Positions 1 to 10,314 of a DNA stretch of 64,000 nt are shown here, piece after piece (the first letter of the stretch is position 1; every line of letters starts with the position of its first letter). The position numbers and the translations under genes are program-made. This stretch comes from an uncultured virus (IMG/VR IMGVR_UViG_3300034355_000834) (taxonomy: Duplodnaviria > Heunggongvirae > Uroviricota > Caudoviricetes), in IMG/VR virus record IMGVR_UViG_3300034355_000834; one strand, written 5' to 3'. The notes under the pieces were generated by a model. That model was not told the origin of the DNA. It saw only the letters and a list, made by a program, of their open reading frames with translations, and made no database searches.

Positions 1-2
1 AA

Positions 3-539
3 AAAGATCAGCAGATTCCTGGTCAGCATTCTGTTTATGGTGATTCATTTGCGGAAACATTAGCGATGTTTTTACAACCGCATATTGAAAGGGAAACCGA
101 ATTAGAATTGGCTCCGACTTATACCTATTATAGAGTATATCGTCCTGGTGCAAATCTTAAACGGCACAAAGATCGTCCGAGTTGTCAGATATCTGCCACT
201 GTGTGTTTTGGATTTGAATACTTCGGAATGGACGAAGATTATAGTTGGGAAGTGTTCGTTGATCCTGAATCAGTTAATAAGAAGAAGCCAGACGATGAAT
301 TTAATCGGATTGGTGAATATTTATCTTATGGCAATCCCGGAATTGGCTATCGTCAGTCGCCGGGTGATGCTATCATTTATAAGGGATGCGAAATTGAGCA
401 TTGGAGAGAACCGTTCAATGCTGGAGAAGGTAGCTATCAAGTGCAAGTATTCTTCCATTATATTGATAAGAATGGTCCATTCTATCCACAGCATCAATAC
501 GATGGTAGAATCTTTATGGGGTCGGGCAGCAAGATATAG
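3..539 (+). CDS. 2OG-Fe(II) oxygenase-like protein (5'-truncated by the window edge)
   Basis: Frame is open from base 3. HKD motif ([15 protein letters not shown]) and a distal His in EHWREPF, typical of phage 2OG-Fe(II) oxygenases. Confidence 0.8.
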   Translation, partial: KDQQIPGQHSVYGDSFAETLAMFLQPHIERETELELAPTYTYYRVYRPGANLKRHKDRPSCQISATVCFGFEYFGMDEDYSWEVFVDPESVNKKKPDDEFNRIGEYLSYGNPGIGYRQSPGDAIIYKGCEIEHWREPFNAGEGSYQVQVFFHYIDKNGPFYPQHQYDGRIFMGSGSKI

Positions 540-550
540 GAGAAAACAGT

Positions 551-832
551 ATGTCAGAAAATCAAATAATCAGAGCCAGCCATATTTTGGTTGATACAGC
601 TAAACAAGCTGAAGCGATTAAAGAAAAATTGGCAGCGGGCCAAGATTTTGCTGCATTGGCGCGAACAAGTAGTTTATGCCCAAGTAAGGCGAATGGCGGT
701 GATTTGGGTCAATTTGGTCCTGGTCGTATGGTTAAGCCATTTGAAGATGCGGTATTCAAATTGAAAGTGGGTGATATTAGCGAACCGATCCCAACAGGGT
801 TTGGTTATCATATTGTCCTTAGAACAGAATGA
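551..832 (+). CDS. ppiC: Parvulin-type peptidyl-prolyl cis-trans isomerase
   Basis: [35 protein letters not shown] and GYHIV rotamase motifs; AGGAG RBS. Confidence 0.92.
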   Translation: MSENQIIRASHILVDTAKQAEAIKEKLAAGQDFAALARTSSLCPSKANGGDLGQFGPGRMVKPFEDAVFKLKVGDISEPIPTGFGYHIVLRTE

Positions 833-1437
833 AAATCGTTGATATTATTAGAAAAAATTTTTTGGTAGAAGAACGAGTCTTAAAACAATCAAGACTGCCA
901 GCATGGTTGGGCGGAGGAACAATTAAATTGTCATATGAGATAGACGACAAAGATGGATCATTGATAAAATTTTCATATGTTTATGCCAACACTCGTTTTT
1001 GCAACGTAGATAATGGAAGAGTTGTTGGAGTTGATTCGGCTCATCCTTCTCATCGTTCTTCTCCTCATATTCATTTATGTGGGATTACAAAAGATTTGCC
1101 TTCTAACCTAACATTGTTTCAAATAAAAGACATTTTTTTCAACGAGGTAGAAAAAGTGATGCTTGAAAAAGTAATAAAGCCCAAAATAGAGCAAGATGGA
1201 GTATTATACGAATCTATCATAGATGTTCCCGAAATCATGAAATTTTCTCAAGATACAGAAATTCTATTAAAACGTGCTGAACAAGCAAGAATAAAAGGAG
1301 AAAAATTATATTCTGGGTTGCCTCTTACAATTGACGACATAGGAAACAATGAATTGTATAATATGTATGTTAAGTTAGGAGATTATAAAAAAGCAAAACT
1401 AGAATATGATCGGTTAAATGGAGAAAATCATGACTAA
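829..1437 (+). CDS. Hypothetical protein with an N-terminal DUF6516/TumE-like region
   Basis: FSYVY...RVVGVDSAH...PHIH pattern; ATGA overlap with the upstream gene. Confidence 0.45.
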   Translation: MKIVDIIRKNFLVEERVLKQSRLPAWLGGGTIKLSYEIDDKDGSLIKFSYVYANTRFCNVDNGRVVGVDSAHPSHRSSPHIHLCGITKDLPSNLTLFQIKDIFFNEVEKVMLEKVIKPKIEQDGVLYESIIDVPEIMKFSQDTEILLKRAEQARIKGEKLYSGLPLTIDDIGNNELYNMYVKLGDYKKAKLEYDRLNGENHD

Positions 1438-1582
1438 ATTAACAGATGTATTGAAAGCTGCATTGGTTCAGAAAGAAAGCAAGTCAGCACCAAAGGCTAA
1501 AAAATCTTCCGAAGAGAAGGTAAAAGATAAATCAGTAATTAGCACCAAACCTGTTAAAAAAGCGGCTGGTCGTGGTCGTTGA
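1430..1582 (+). CDS. Small basic protein, 50 aa (not in the ORF track)
   Basis: GGAG RBS then ATG at 1430; [25 protein letters not shown]...KKAAGRGR*; fills the gap between its neighbours. Confidence 0.7.
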   Translation: MTKLTDVLKAALVQKESKSAPKAKKSSEEKVKDKSVISTKPVKKAAGRGR

Positions 1583-1962
1583 TGAAGTTTGAAGATTATC
1601 GTTCAATGGTCTTAACTGAATCATTGAACGATCAAATCAACGAGATGGCTCGAATTGGGCCACAACACCATGGTATTCCTAATGTAGTAATATATGCTGG
1701 TGAAACAAATAAGCGGCATGGATTGCGAGTAAAGATTTCAAAATTCAAGAACAAATGGGTAAAAGGCGATGAAAATAATTTCATCATTCAAATGCCCAGT
1801 CTTGATTATGATCCACAAGATGTTCCGCGTTGGATTGATAAAAACACCATGGCAAAAATTTTAGGTTGGATTAAATTGAATCAACAACAATTATATGATT
1901 TTGAAATTGGTAAAATAATGTATGCCGATGATTTTTATGCTAAAATCTCAAAGTATTCATAA
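1579..1962 (+). CDS. Hypothetical protein, likely paralogue of 51781-52143
   Basis: Shared pattern EM[AS].I.....G[IL]P..........H..RVK[IV]S...WI..N...DF. Confidence 0.65.
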   Translation: MMKFEDYRSMVLTESLNDQINEMARIGPQHHGIPNVVIYAGETNKRHGLRVKISKFKNKWVKGDENNFIIQMPSLDYDPQDVPRWIDKNTMAKILGWIKLNQQQLYDFEIGKIMYADDFYAKISKYS

Positions 1963-2308
1963 TCAGTCAGATTTAGCAACTGGCTCTACTTGGTTCAAGG
2001 CTACGAAAGATTGGCATGGTTCCGGTGAAGCTGGCACTTCCGTAAAAGTGTTATTCGTTGAGGATCATTTTGTGTTTTATCATGACCAACGCAACGAAGT
2101 TAGATGTTTATCTGAATTCGCTTTTAGATCAACCTACGTATCTGATATTGATAGAATTGATCCATTTTTACCGTATGGATACGCTATGCTACACTTATCC
2201 AAAAAATATAGTGTAGTAAAGCCTACCAGATGGAATACACCGAAAACAGTTTTTAATCGTTGGTTTCATCGGTATTACAAGATGAAAAAATTCTTCAGAT
2301 GTACTTGA
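1922..2308 (+). CDS. Hypothetical protein
   Basis: 128-aa ORF in the co-directional run; start uncertain. Confidence 0.55.
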   Translation: MPMIFMLKSQSIHNQSDLATGSTWFKATKDWHGSGEAGTSVKVLFVEDHFVFYHDQRNEVRCLSEFAFRSTYVSDIDRIDPFLPYGYAMLHLSKKYSVVKPTRWNTPKTVFNRWFHRYYKMKKFFRCT

Positions 2309-2326
2309 TCTTGCTAAATATGTTCT

Positions 2327-2698
2327 ATGAACTATTTATGGCAAACAATCACAGCAGAATCACTTAAATCAATCCCAAATCCGGCTGTCGGCTACGAACA
2401 TCATATTAGCATACCCGAATTTACTTTTCTCGGGGTAAAAGAGCAGCCGGATTTCGGTATAATTACTATTTGGTTTTATGGAAATACCAAGACTATAGAA
2501 CTAAAAAGTCTCAAAGAGTATCTCTATCAATATAGAAATACTATTATCTCATATGAGCGATGTATTGATGTAATGTACAATCATTTAATGACTGTGTATG
2601 AACCTTCTCATCTGAAACTTAAAATTGAATTTAGACCAAGAGGAGGCATCACGAGCACCATGTTTCGTGATTCTGATTGGTATGACTACACGGAATAA
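2327..2698 (+). CDS. queF: QueF-like T-fold protein lacking the catalytic Cys
   Basis: PEFT....QPDFG, ELKSLKEYL.QYRN..ISYE and PRGGI motifs; TAAATA late-type motif upstream. Confidence 0.8.
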   Translation: MNYLWQTITAESLKSIPNPAVGYEHHISIPEFTFLGVKEQPDFGIITIWFYGNTKTIELKSLKEYLYQYRNTIISYERCIDVMYNHLMTVYEPSHLKLKIEFRPRGGITSTMFRDSDWYDYTE

Positions 2699-2701
2699 AC
2701 A

Positions 2702-3991
2702 ATGACAGATTACAAAATTAAAGATATTGGCCTCGCTGAATGGGGCCGCAAAGAAATTTCTATTGCCGAATCAGAAATGCCAGGATTGATGGCATTGCGT
2801 AGCCATTATGCAGAATCGCAACCACTAAAAGGTGCGAGAATTGCTGGTTCATTGCATATGACAGTTCAAACGGCTGTTTTAGTTGAAACGTTGGTTGAAT
2901 TGGGCGCTGAAGTACGGTGGAGTTCGTGTAATATTTTTTCCACTCAAGATGAAGCTGCCGCTGCTATTGCCGCTGTTGGTATTCCTGTATTCGCATGGAA
3001 AGGTGAAACAGAAGCAGAATATTGGGATTGCATTGTGCAAACACTATCTGGTCCAAATGATTGGCGTCCCAATATGATTTTGGATGATGGGCATGATTTA
3101 ACCTCATATGTGATTCAGAATCGTCCGGATCTTGTTGATGAAATTCGTGGCGTATCAGAAGAAACCACCACGGGTGTTCAAAAGATTCGTCAAGCGATTG
3201 AAGCTGGCAATTTTCCGTTTAGGGCGATCAATGTAAACGATTCTATCACCAAGGCAAAGTTTGATAATCTATATGGTTGTCGTGAGAGTTTGATTGATGG
3301 CATCAAACGTGCTACCGATGTGATGATTGCTGGTAAGATTGCAGTAGTATGCGGTTATGGCATGGTAGGTAAAGGATGTGCTCAAGCATTGCGTTCTTAT
3401 GGCGCTCAAGTTTGGGTAACTGAGATTGATCCGATTTGTGCATTGCAAGCTACTATGGAAGGTTATCGTGTTGTTACGATGGATCAGGCTTGTAGTTTAG
3501 CTGATATTTTTATCACTGCTACTGGTAATATTGATGTCATCACCGCTGTTCATATGTCATGTATGAAGCATAATGCGATTGTTGGCAACATTGGTCACTT
3601 TGATAATGAGATTGAGGTAGCTGGTCTTAAAGGTTGCAAGTGGGAAAATATCAAGCCACAGGTAGATCATATTATTTTTCCTAATGGCAAGAGAATTATT
3701 CTATTAGCAGAAGGTCGTTTGTTGAATCTTGGTTGTGCTACTGGTCATCCTTCTTTTGTGATGAGTATGTCATTTACCAATCAGGTGTTGGCTCAGATTG
3801 AACTATGGAATTCACCAGAGGCATATGAAGTAGGCAAGATGTATATTTTACCTAAGATCGTGGATGAACAAGTAGCGAGATTTCACTTGACTCAATTGGA
3901 TGCTAGTTTAACTGAATTAACTGGCGAACAAGCGACTTACTTGAGCGTGGATGGTCGTGGTCCATATAAGTACGAAAATTATTGCTATTGA
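2702..3991 (+). CDS. ahcY: Adenosylhomocysteinase (SAH hydrolase)
   Basis: [51 protein letters not shown] and LGCATGHPS all present. Confidence 0.97.
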   Translation: MTDYKIKDIGLAEWGRKEISIAESEMPGLMALRSHYAESQPLKGARIAGSLHMTVQTAVLVETLVELGAEVRWSSCNIFSTQDEAAAAIAAVGIPVFAWKGETEAEYWDCIVQTLSGPNDWRPNMILDDGHDLTSYVIQNRPDLVDEIRGVSEETTTGVQKIRQAIEAGNFPFRAINVNDSITKAKFDNLYGCRESLIDGIKRATDVMIAGKIAVVCGYGMVGKGCAQALRSYGAQVWVTEIDPICALQATMEGYRVVTMDQACSLADIFITATGNIDVITAVHMSCMKHNAIVGNIGHFDNEIEVAGLKGCKWENIKPQVDHIIFPNGKRIILLAEGRLLNLGCATGHPSFVMSMSFTNQVLAQIELWNSPEAYEVGKMYILPKIVDEQVARFHLTQLDASLTELTGEQATYLSVDGRGPYKYENYCY

Positions 3992-4015
3992 TTTTTGTAG
4001 TATTTTCGTAAAAAG

Positions 4016-4040
4016 TAAAGCCGCTATTATAGCGGCTTTA
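4016..4040. terminator. Bidirectional intrinsic terminator
   Basis: TAAAGCCGCTA-TTA-TAGCGGCTTTA perfect 11-bp stem between convergent genes. Confidence 0.8.
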
Positions 4041-4062
4041 TTGTATCTATGTTAAGAATATA

Positions 4063-4545
4063 TTATTCTGTGGGTGGATCAACCCATTGACCGCCTTGTT
4101 GATAAGCTGGTGCAAGAATAACATCTACTCTATCTTTAGCGATAACATCAATATCCGCAAGGTAATTTACCGCATAAACGGTTTCTTCGCCTTGTAAATT
4201 CACTTCTGGATTTGCGTTTAGATCGGCAGAAAATACTTCTACAATAGTATCGGTTTTTGCTGCATTAGTGATGTTTACTCTTTCTGGGAAAGTAAATCTA
4301 TTTCTAAACATCAGAGAAGGAATTACCCATACCTCTACGATTGGCGGAGGTGGGGGCGGGCTAAAGATTCCAGTGATTGGATCCCATGACCAACCGATGC
4401 TGGCAATTTTTTCTTCTGGATAATCAAGCAATTCTACATGATGATTCTCAGCTTCAAATCTTGCTAGTTCTTCTGGAGTCTCAATGACAACAATGTTTGT
4501 TACAATGTTGCTATCGTTAATTAATGCATATACTGGTTGTTCCAT
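4063..4545 (-). CDS. Tail-fibre-associated/assembly protein
   Basis: YALIND.NIVTNIVV...SIGWSWD...FSPPPP motif and FRNRFT..E domain; last gene of the fibre operon. Confidence 0.6.
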   Translation of the reverse strand: MEQPVYALINDSNIVTNIVVIETPEELARFEAENHHVELLDYPEEKIASIGWSWDPITGIFSPPPPPPIVEVWVIPSLMFRNRFTFPERVNITNAAKTDTIVEVFSADLNANPEVNLQGEETVYAVNYLADIDVIAKDRVDVILAPAYQQGGQWVDPPTE

Positions 4546-4555
4546 TGTTTACTCC

Positions 4556-5344
4556 TTAATAAATTACTTGAGCGTATCCGGGACCGCCGTTGCCTCCTGC
4601 AAGAGGCGTAACAACGGGGAGCGCAGACGGCGTGAATGCTCCACCACCGCCTCCTCCGGAGCTGTTTGGGGCTGGCGAGCCGGCTTGTCCAGTATTCCCG
4701 CCGGCCCCTCCAGCCCCCCATGCAGCGCCGCCACCCCCGCCGGCTGTACCACCGCCGCCTGTACCGACAATTCCCCCCGCCTCGTATGCACTTCCTCCTG
4801 GTAAACCAAGAGCGGCGCTTCCTCCAGCTCCTCCAGATAAGCCCATGCCTAGTCCAATTGCCGATCCGGCCCTTGTTAAGGGGCTGCCGGGCCAGACATT
4901 ATATGAGGTATTGATTATTGTCTTTTGTCCATAGCTTGCTCCTGTGCTGCCGTCGCTATCCTGCCAAAGACCAGAAACTCCCCCACCAGTGCCGGCACCA
5001 CCGGAGGTACTGCCGCCATAACCGCCTTGGGCGCTAATATTAAACACTGTAGTGCCTCCACTAGGAGCAATAGTGATGACGGGCGTTCCAGGTGGGCCGG
5101 GGATACCGGATCCTCCGGCCCCTATCGTGACAGGATATACAGTTGAAGGTGATATAACTTTTGTTAACACCATTGTTGCCCCGCCGCCACCGCCGAGGGT
5201 TACGCCGCCGCCACCGCCACCAACAGCATAAAACGTAGCAGCAGTAGCACTACCGGGTGATGTCCATGTGCCGGGAGCGGTAAACGCTTGGCCGGACATT
5301 CCGCCGCCACCGCCCATACTAAAAAATTGAGTTAATGTACTCAT
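4556..5344 (-). CDS. Glycine-rich tail fibre/adhesin protein
   Basis: FTAPGTWT.P, VGGGGGG and long GGxGG tracts ending in GGNGGPG. Confidence 0.7.
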   Translation of the reverse strand: MSTLTQFFSMGGGGGMSGQAFTAPGTWTSPGSATAATFYAVGGGGGGVTLGGGGGATMVLTKVISPSTVYPVTIGAGGSGIPGPPGTPVITIAPSGGTTVFNISAQGGYGGSTSGGAGTGGGVSGLWQDSDGSTGASYGQKTIINTSYNVWPGSPLTRAGSAIGLGMGLSGGAGGSAALGLPGGSAYEAGGIVGTGGGGTAGGGGGAAWGAGGAGGNTGQAGSPAPNSSGGGGGGAFTPSALPVVTPLAGGNGGPGYAQVIY

Positions 5345-5370
5345 TATATTAAAACCTCTCTATTAAAAAA

Positions 5371-5727
5371 TTAAATTATTCGCCAACCTAACGTGGCATT
5401 AACGTATTCTAATGTTACGCTCACGTTGCCAACATCAATAGTCATATCTTGAGCCAAACTCATAATTGGTTGCCCATTACGACCAACCACTGTATTGACA
5501 ACAGCACTCGGCACCCCGATTACAACTAAATCACCAACCGCCGGTGTGGCTGGCAAATTGACAGTCTGAGCGGCAGAGGTTACAAAATATCTGTTACCAG
5601 CAGTTAACGTTGCAGAGCCTCCAGAAACTACATTGTTCCAATTAGCATAGTCAATAATCTTAGAACCATTGCTTGTTGTGGCACCACCCGTATATGCGAT
5701 GCCAGTGCTTGTTAATGATACGGTCAT
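5371..5727 (-). CDS. Small virion/tail-fibre protein (paralogue of 5775-6125)
   Basis: TVNLPATPAVGD.V...GQPIMSLAQDMTIDV..VTLEYVNATLGWRI. Confidence 0.7.
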   Translation of the reverse strand: MTVSLTSTGIAYTGGATTSNGSKIIDYANWNNVVSGGSATLTAGNRYFVTSAAQTVNLPATPAVGDLVVIGVPSAVVNTVVGRNGQPIMSLAQDMTIDVGNVSVTLEYVNATLGWRII

Positions 5728-5774
5728 TGAATCGTCTCCATGTATTTACTTCCGTAAATGTATTTATCAAAATT

Positions 5775-6125
5775 TTAATAAATCGTCCAACCTTGGGTAG
5801 AGTTAATGTACTCCAACGTAACGCTAATATTAGCCACATTGATTGTCATGTTTTCAGCCAATCCCATGATGTTCTGACCATTACCAGCCACTACGCTTGT
5901 GATATTACTTGGTCCAACCGATATGGTCACTTGGCTACCAACCGCAGGACTAGCCGGCAATGTTACCGTTTGTCCAGCAACAGTGATATAATATCTTCCG
6001 CCAGCCGCAATGGTAGTAGAACCACCAACACTAACGGTATTCCAGTTACCGGGCGTTAACCCGGCAGAAATCTGTGTGGTACCATCTGGAAATAATACGC
6101 CAGAATTATTTAATTGAGTTGCCAT
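5775..6125 (-). CDS. Small virion/tail-fibre protein (paralogue of 5371-5727)
   Basis: FPDGTTQ, TVTLPASPAVGS and GQNIMGLAENMTINV..VTLEYINSTQGW. Confidence 0.7.
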   Translation of the reverse strand: MATQLNNSGVLFPDGTTQISAGLTPGNWNTVSVGGSTTIAAGGRYYITVAGQTVTLPASPAVGSQVTISVGPSNITSVVAGNGQNIMGLAENMTINVANISVTLEYINSTQGWTIY

Positions 6126-6139
6126 TATGATTATTCCTC

Positions 6140-9100
6140 TTACTTATTTTCTAATTTTTCAATGCGTTCTACTAATGTATTGATACATTCAAATAATAGC
6201 GGAATCAGCATTTCATATCTTACACCAAGATAACCATCTTGACGTTCGGCAACCACTTCTGGCATTACCTTCTGAACTTCTTGAGCTTTTACACCAACAT
6301 CGTGTTTACGAACGAAGAATCCATCTTCACCACCACGATCTTCAATATACTGTTCAGACCAATCAAAGAAGTATCCACGAATAGCCTTGGCTTTATCAAG
6401 TGGTTGATCAATTTTAACGAAGTTTTCTTTCAGTCTTTCATCAGATGAATAAAACGCAGTGATGTTATTGGTTGCACGAATTTCACCAACAGTACCACTC
6501 GCACCACCACCTACGCCCAATGAACCAATCTGAATTGAGCCGCCAACCGCACCATTATATGTGGGTAGATATGCAGCTACGTTGGCATTCGAATATCCAC
6601 CAATGGGTAGATTGGTCAACTGAGAACCGTCACCGATAAAAAACGCAGCGGTAGAATTGGCGGTAGTAACAATGTTGGTTGTTAAAGAACCACTGGCCAA
6701 AAACGAAGATACATTTGCATTTGAATATGGACTGGTGCTAACCGAGGAAATAACACCATTATCGTTCATTGTGATAGTAGTTCCATCGGGAATAACACCA
6801 CCAATAGTACCGCCAACACCACTTGCAGCCGAAACTGCCTTTGCTAATGATATAATACCCGATGTTGTGATCGGTGTAGCGCCAGTGCTGCTCACTAAGC
6901 CAGTACCTACTCCCACGGATGTAACTGTGCCATATCCAGTAGAAGAATACGTAAATGTTTGTGTGCTTGTTCCTGTACCATCAACATTGGTTACTGTGAT
7001 TAAGCCAGTTCCCGCAGAATTTGGAGGAGTAGTTAATTCAATAATACCGTTGCTAACAACCGTTGGTGTAGGCGATGCTGCCCCGGCCACTGTTGCCGCT
7101 GTTACACCAGCAAAATTCGTGCCTACTACAACAACAGGGGTATTACCACTCACTGGACCAGTTGTTGGTGAGAATGACGTAATCTGAGGAATAGCTGCAT
7201 AAGTGAATACTTGCATACTGGTAGCACTACCAAATATACCAGATACCGTAACAAATCCGGATGTTGCCGAGGGAGTCGCCGTCGTTACCGCCGTTAGGTT
7301 GCCATCATCTTGAACACTAATATGCGCAGCAGCAATACCGGCAAGCAATACTGTAGAAATAGCCGGAGCACCAAGGCTTGTTTCAAAATTCTGTCCGACA
7401 ATAGATACTTGAGTGCCGCCACCTAATGCTGCAATTCTTGGAGCAAATGAATAAATGTTAGGCTCATCTGGTGTATTATAATAAGTAAACGCCATTGAGC
7501 TTGTCACTGTGCCAGTTGGCGATGTGATAACGACCGGACCAGCACCAGCCGTTGATTTTGCTCCGGTAACCGCAACGATTTGTGTTGGTGAAGTAATAGA
7601 GAATGTTGCCGCAACGCCAGCAATCGTAACGCTCGTGGCTGCACCCAAATTTGTACCAGCAATCGTAACCGATGTTCCGCCAGCCAATGGACCAGCAAAT
7701 GGTGTGATAAAGCTAATAGTAGGTGTAGCACTTGATGTTTGATAGGTAAAGTGCTGTGTGCTGGTGGCTGTTCCGTGAATAGTCAATACTTGAATTTCAC
7801 CAGAACCGGCTGGACCAGGAGCGGTTACGCATTGAATCTGGGTATCAGATACTGCATTAAAAGATGCTGCAACAATGCCATTTACGAATACCAACAGTGC
7901 GCCGGTAAATCCTGTTCCGTTAATGGTTACATTGGTGCCACCAGAGGTCGGACCAACTGATGGACTAATACTTGTAATTGTTGGGGCTTTTGGTACATTA
8001 GTGTATCCAAATACTTCAGAACTTGTTGCAGTACCACTTGGAGTAGTGACCTTGATTGGCCCAATTACTTCAGCCGGAGTTGTAGCAGTAATTGCCGTAA
8101 TTAGCGTAGAGGAATGAACAACAAAAGAGGATGCCGCGATTCCAGCTAATGTAACCGAAGATGCACCAGTAAAGTTCGTACCATTGATAGATACTACTTG
8201 ACCACCAGTAATAGGACTGGAAATTGGGCTAAATGATGTAATAGATGGTACATTTACATAAGCAAATGAACTAACACTTGAGGTTGTTCCACCCGGAGTG
8301 GTTACCGAGATAACACCCGATGTTGCCGTAGATGAAGGAGCCGTTACTGCAACAATTTGTGTACCCGATGTTATAGAATAATGAGCTACAGGGACACCAG
8401 CGATGGTTACGGATGTTGCACCAGAGAAGTAAGTACCAGTGATGACAACGATAGTGCCACCGGCAACCGGGCCAGAAATTGGCGAGAAACCAGAAATAGT
8501 GGGTTGGCCGATTGCACCGGCAACAGCAGTAATTACACCGCTTGAGTTCATCTGAATAGTATAACCATCGGGGATAACACCACCAATAGTACCACCAACA
8601 CCAGCATTAGCTGAAACAGACTTCAATAGTGAGATTGTTCCAGTATCAACGATTGGGCCGCCAGTTAAACCAGTTCCAGTATTAACAACACGAACAACAC
8701 CGGGACCAGGAGTAATATTGGCCGGAGAAATATTGGAAAGATAACCACCATCGCCAACGAAGTATGCCGAAGTTCTGACATTTGATGTAAGAGTGCCGCT
8801 TGCCAAGAAGTTAGCTACATTAGCATTACCATAAGCACCCGTTACATTAGAATAATTGATATTAGTGATGTTACCACCATCACCATAAATTGTATTTGCA
8901 TGAATCGTATTGGATGTTACATCGTTGAAGAATTTAACATTACCGTTCGCGCCATAATAGTTAGCAACATTTACTTGATTGCCACCAATGTTTAGACTGA
9001 TGATAATATTTCCGTTAACCGTTCTATTCTGAATAATGCCATCATTGACGATATTGAAGAATGAGAAATTCTGTTGTTGCCCCGTGGTCAATCCGCCGTT

Positions 9101-9796
9101 ATTGAGGATTCCGACTTCACCAACAGTGGTAGTATCCTGAATAGCGGACATAAATGCGGTTGAATCATAACCATCCAGATTCAGTGCGTTAGTTGCTGTA
9201 CCTTGGAAAAATTGATTGACACCTGCAACAGAAGATGCTACATTGTAACCGGGTCCAACAGAGATAAATCCTGGAATTGCAACCAGAGGAGTAAACGCTG
9301 GATCTTTGCTGACGATACCAACGATGGTTGAACCAATTAAAATCTCAACTACGCTATGATTGATACCAAATGTATCTTCAATAATTGCTGGAATAGTGCC
9401 AGTGCCGTTGATAACACTTGGTCCAATTGTTACCCAAGTAGAGCCACTGTATACATTTAATGTATTATTTGCGGTATTGAACCACATATCACCGGCAACA
9501 GGATTTGGTGGTGGAGTAGTGCTGGCAATATTGCTGGCAATGCTCCTGAAATTTGTTCCAGTGTAAACCTTCAAGACTTTATTCGCAGAATCCCACCATA
9601 GCTGACCTATTAGGGGGTTAGGTGGCGGAGAATCATTTGATCCACTCTCAAGTAGGTGAATAAAATTGTCATCAAGGAATTGACCATAACCGGCATAATT
9701 TTTGCCGATCAACGTCATTGATGAATTAGTGTTGATGGTACCGTCTGGAACGATGGCAAAGACTGTTCCGTTGGTTAATTTAATAGTATAGCTCAT
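6140..9796 (-). CDS. Tail fibre with six IPT/TIG domains and a C-terminal S74 intramolecular chaperone
   Basis: N-terminal LIGKNYAGYG..GQLWWD anchor, six P.I....P..G...GGT.V.I.G repeats, and SSDERLKEN...GVKAQEVQKVMPEVV autocleavage chaperone. Confidence 0.85.
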   Translation of the reverse strand: MSYTIKLTNGTVFAIVPDGTINTNSSMTLIGKNYAGYGQFLDDNFIHLLESGSNDSPPPNPLIGQLWWDSANKVLKVYTGTNFRSIASNIASTTPPPNPVAGDMWFNTANNTLNVYSGSTWVTIGPSVINGTGTIPAIIEDTFGINHSVVEILIGSTIVGIVSKDPAFTPLVAIPGFISVGPGYNVASSVAGVNQFFQGTATNALNLDGYDSTAFMSAIQDTTTVGEVGILNNGGLTTGQQQNFSFFNIVNDGIIQNRTVNGNIIISLNIGGNQVNVANYYGANGNVKFFNDVTSNTIHANTIYGDGGNITNINYSNVTGAYGNANVANFLASGTLTSNVRTSAYFVGDGGYLSNISPANITPGPGVVRVVNTGTGLTGGPIVDTGTISLLKSVSANAGVGGTIGGVIPDGYTIQMNSSGVITAVAGAIGQPTISGFSPISGPVAGGTIVVITGTYFSGATSVTIAGVPVAHYSITSGTQIVAVTAPSSTATSGVISVTTPGGTTSSVSSFAYVNVPSITSFSPISSPITGGQVVSINGTNFTGASSVTLAGIAASSFVVHSSTLITAITATTPAEVIGPIKVTTPSGTATSSEVFGYTNVPKAPTITSISPSVGPTSGGTNVTINGTGFTGALLVFVNGIVAASFNAVSDTQIQCVTAPGPAGSGEIQVLTIHGTATSTQHFTYQTSSATPTISFITPFAGPLAGGTSVTIAGTNLGAATSVTIAGVAATFSITSPTQIVAVTGAKSTAGAGPVVITSPTGTVTSSMAFTYYNTPDEPNIYSFAPRIAALGGGTQVSIVGQNFETSLGAPAISTVLLAGIAAAHISVQDDGNLTAVTTATPSATSGFVTVSGIFGSATSMQVFTYAAIPQITSFSPTTGPVSGNTPVVVVGTNFAGVTAATVAGAASPTPTVVSNGIIELTTPPNSAGTGLITVTNVDGTGTSTQTFTYSSTGYGTVTSVGVGTGLVSSTGATPITTSGIISLAKAVSAASGVGGTIGGVIPDGTTITMNDNGVISSVSTSPYSNANVSSFLASGSLTTNIVTTANSTAAFFIGDGSQLTNLPIGGYSNANVAAYLPTYNGAVGGSIQIGSLGVGGGASGTVGEIRATNNITAFYSSDERLKENFVKIDQPLDKAKAIRGYFFDWSEQYIEDRGGEDGFFVRKHDVGVKAQEVQKVMPEVVAERQDGYLGVRYEMLIPLLFECINTLVERIEKLENK

Positions 9797-9911
9797 TGCG
9801 GTAATTACTCCAAAGATTTTATGTTACTTGTATTTATCATTGTTAATAGATATGCTGCATATCATTTGGAGTATTTATCTTTTTTACCGTGAATCATTTT
9901 CCGAAAAAGTG

Positions 9912-9939
9912 TTGACAACCTCAAATTTTTCTGTATAAT
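9912..9939 (+). promoter_or_regulatory. Sigma70-type early promoter
   Basis: TTGACA-N16-TATAAT with TTCTG immediately before the -10 box. Confidence 0.8.
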
Positions 9940-9969
9940 ACTCTTCATCAACTCACACGGAGAACGCAG

Positions 9970-10257
9970 ATGACCGCACGTAAGACCATCAAAGTAACAG
10001 ACCTTCTTGATAAGGTAAATGACATTCTTGCCACCACTACTTGCAATCAAGACATTCGCCAAGGTGCAATCAATCTGCTGGAGCACGTTCTTCATGAAAC
10101 TGGCAATTATCGTGGTTTTCGTTACCTTGATGCAGACGAAGTGCCAAACGACGAGAAGCCGGGAATCATCCTTGATCCTGATTCAAATTGCCCACACGCT
10201 GATTACCAAGAACGATTCAAGAACACTGATTACACCAGAGTGAAATATTTTTCTTGA
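9970..10257 (+). CDS. Hypothetical protein
   Basis: GGAG RBS, directly downstream of the promoter. Confidence 0.75.
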   Translation: MTARKTIKVTDLLDKVNDILATTTCNQDIRQGAINLLEHVLHETGNYRGFRYLDADEVPNDEKPGIILDPDSNCPHADYQERFKNTDYTRVKYFS

Positions 10258-10281
10258 CACCACTAAATGTTAGTGTATAAT
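10254..10281 (+). promoter_or_regulatory. Sigma70-type early promoter
   Basis: TTGACA-N16-TATAAT. Confidence 0.75.
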
Positions 10282-10314
10282 ACTCGCCACCTACTTAAAC
10301 AACCGGAGAATAAA

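Noticed and set aside
4484..9566. Many plus-strand ORFs over the glycine-rich and IPT fibre genes
   Set aside because: Antisense shadow frames caused by codon bias in Gly/Thr/Val-rich genes.
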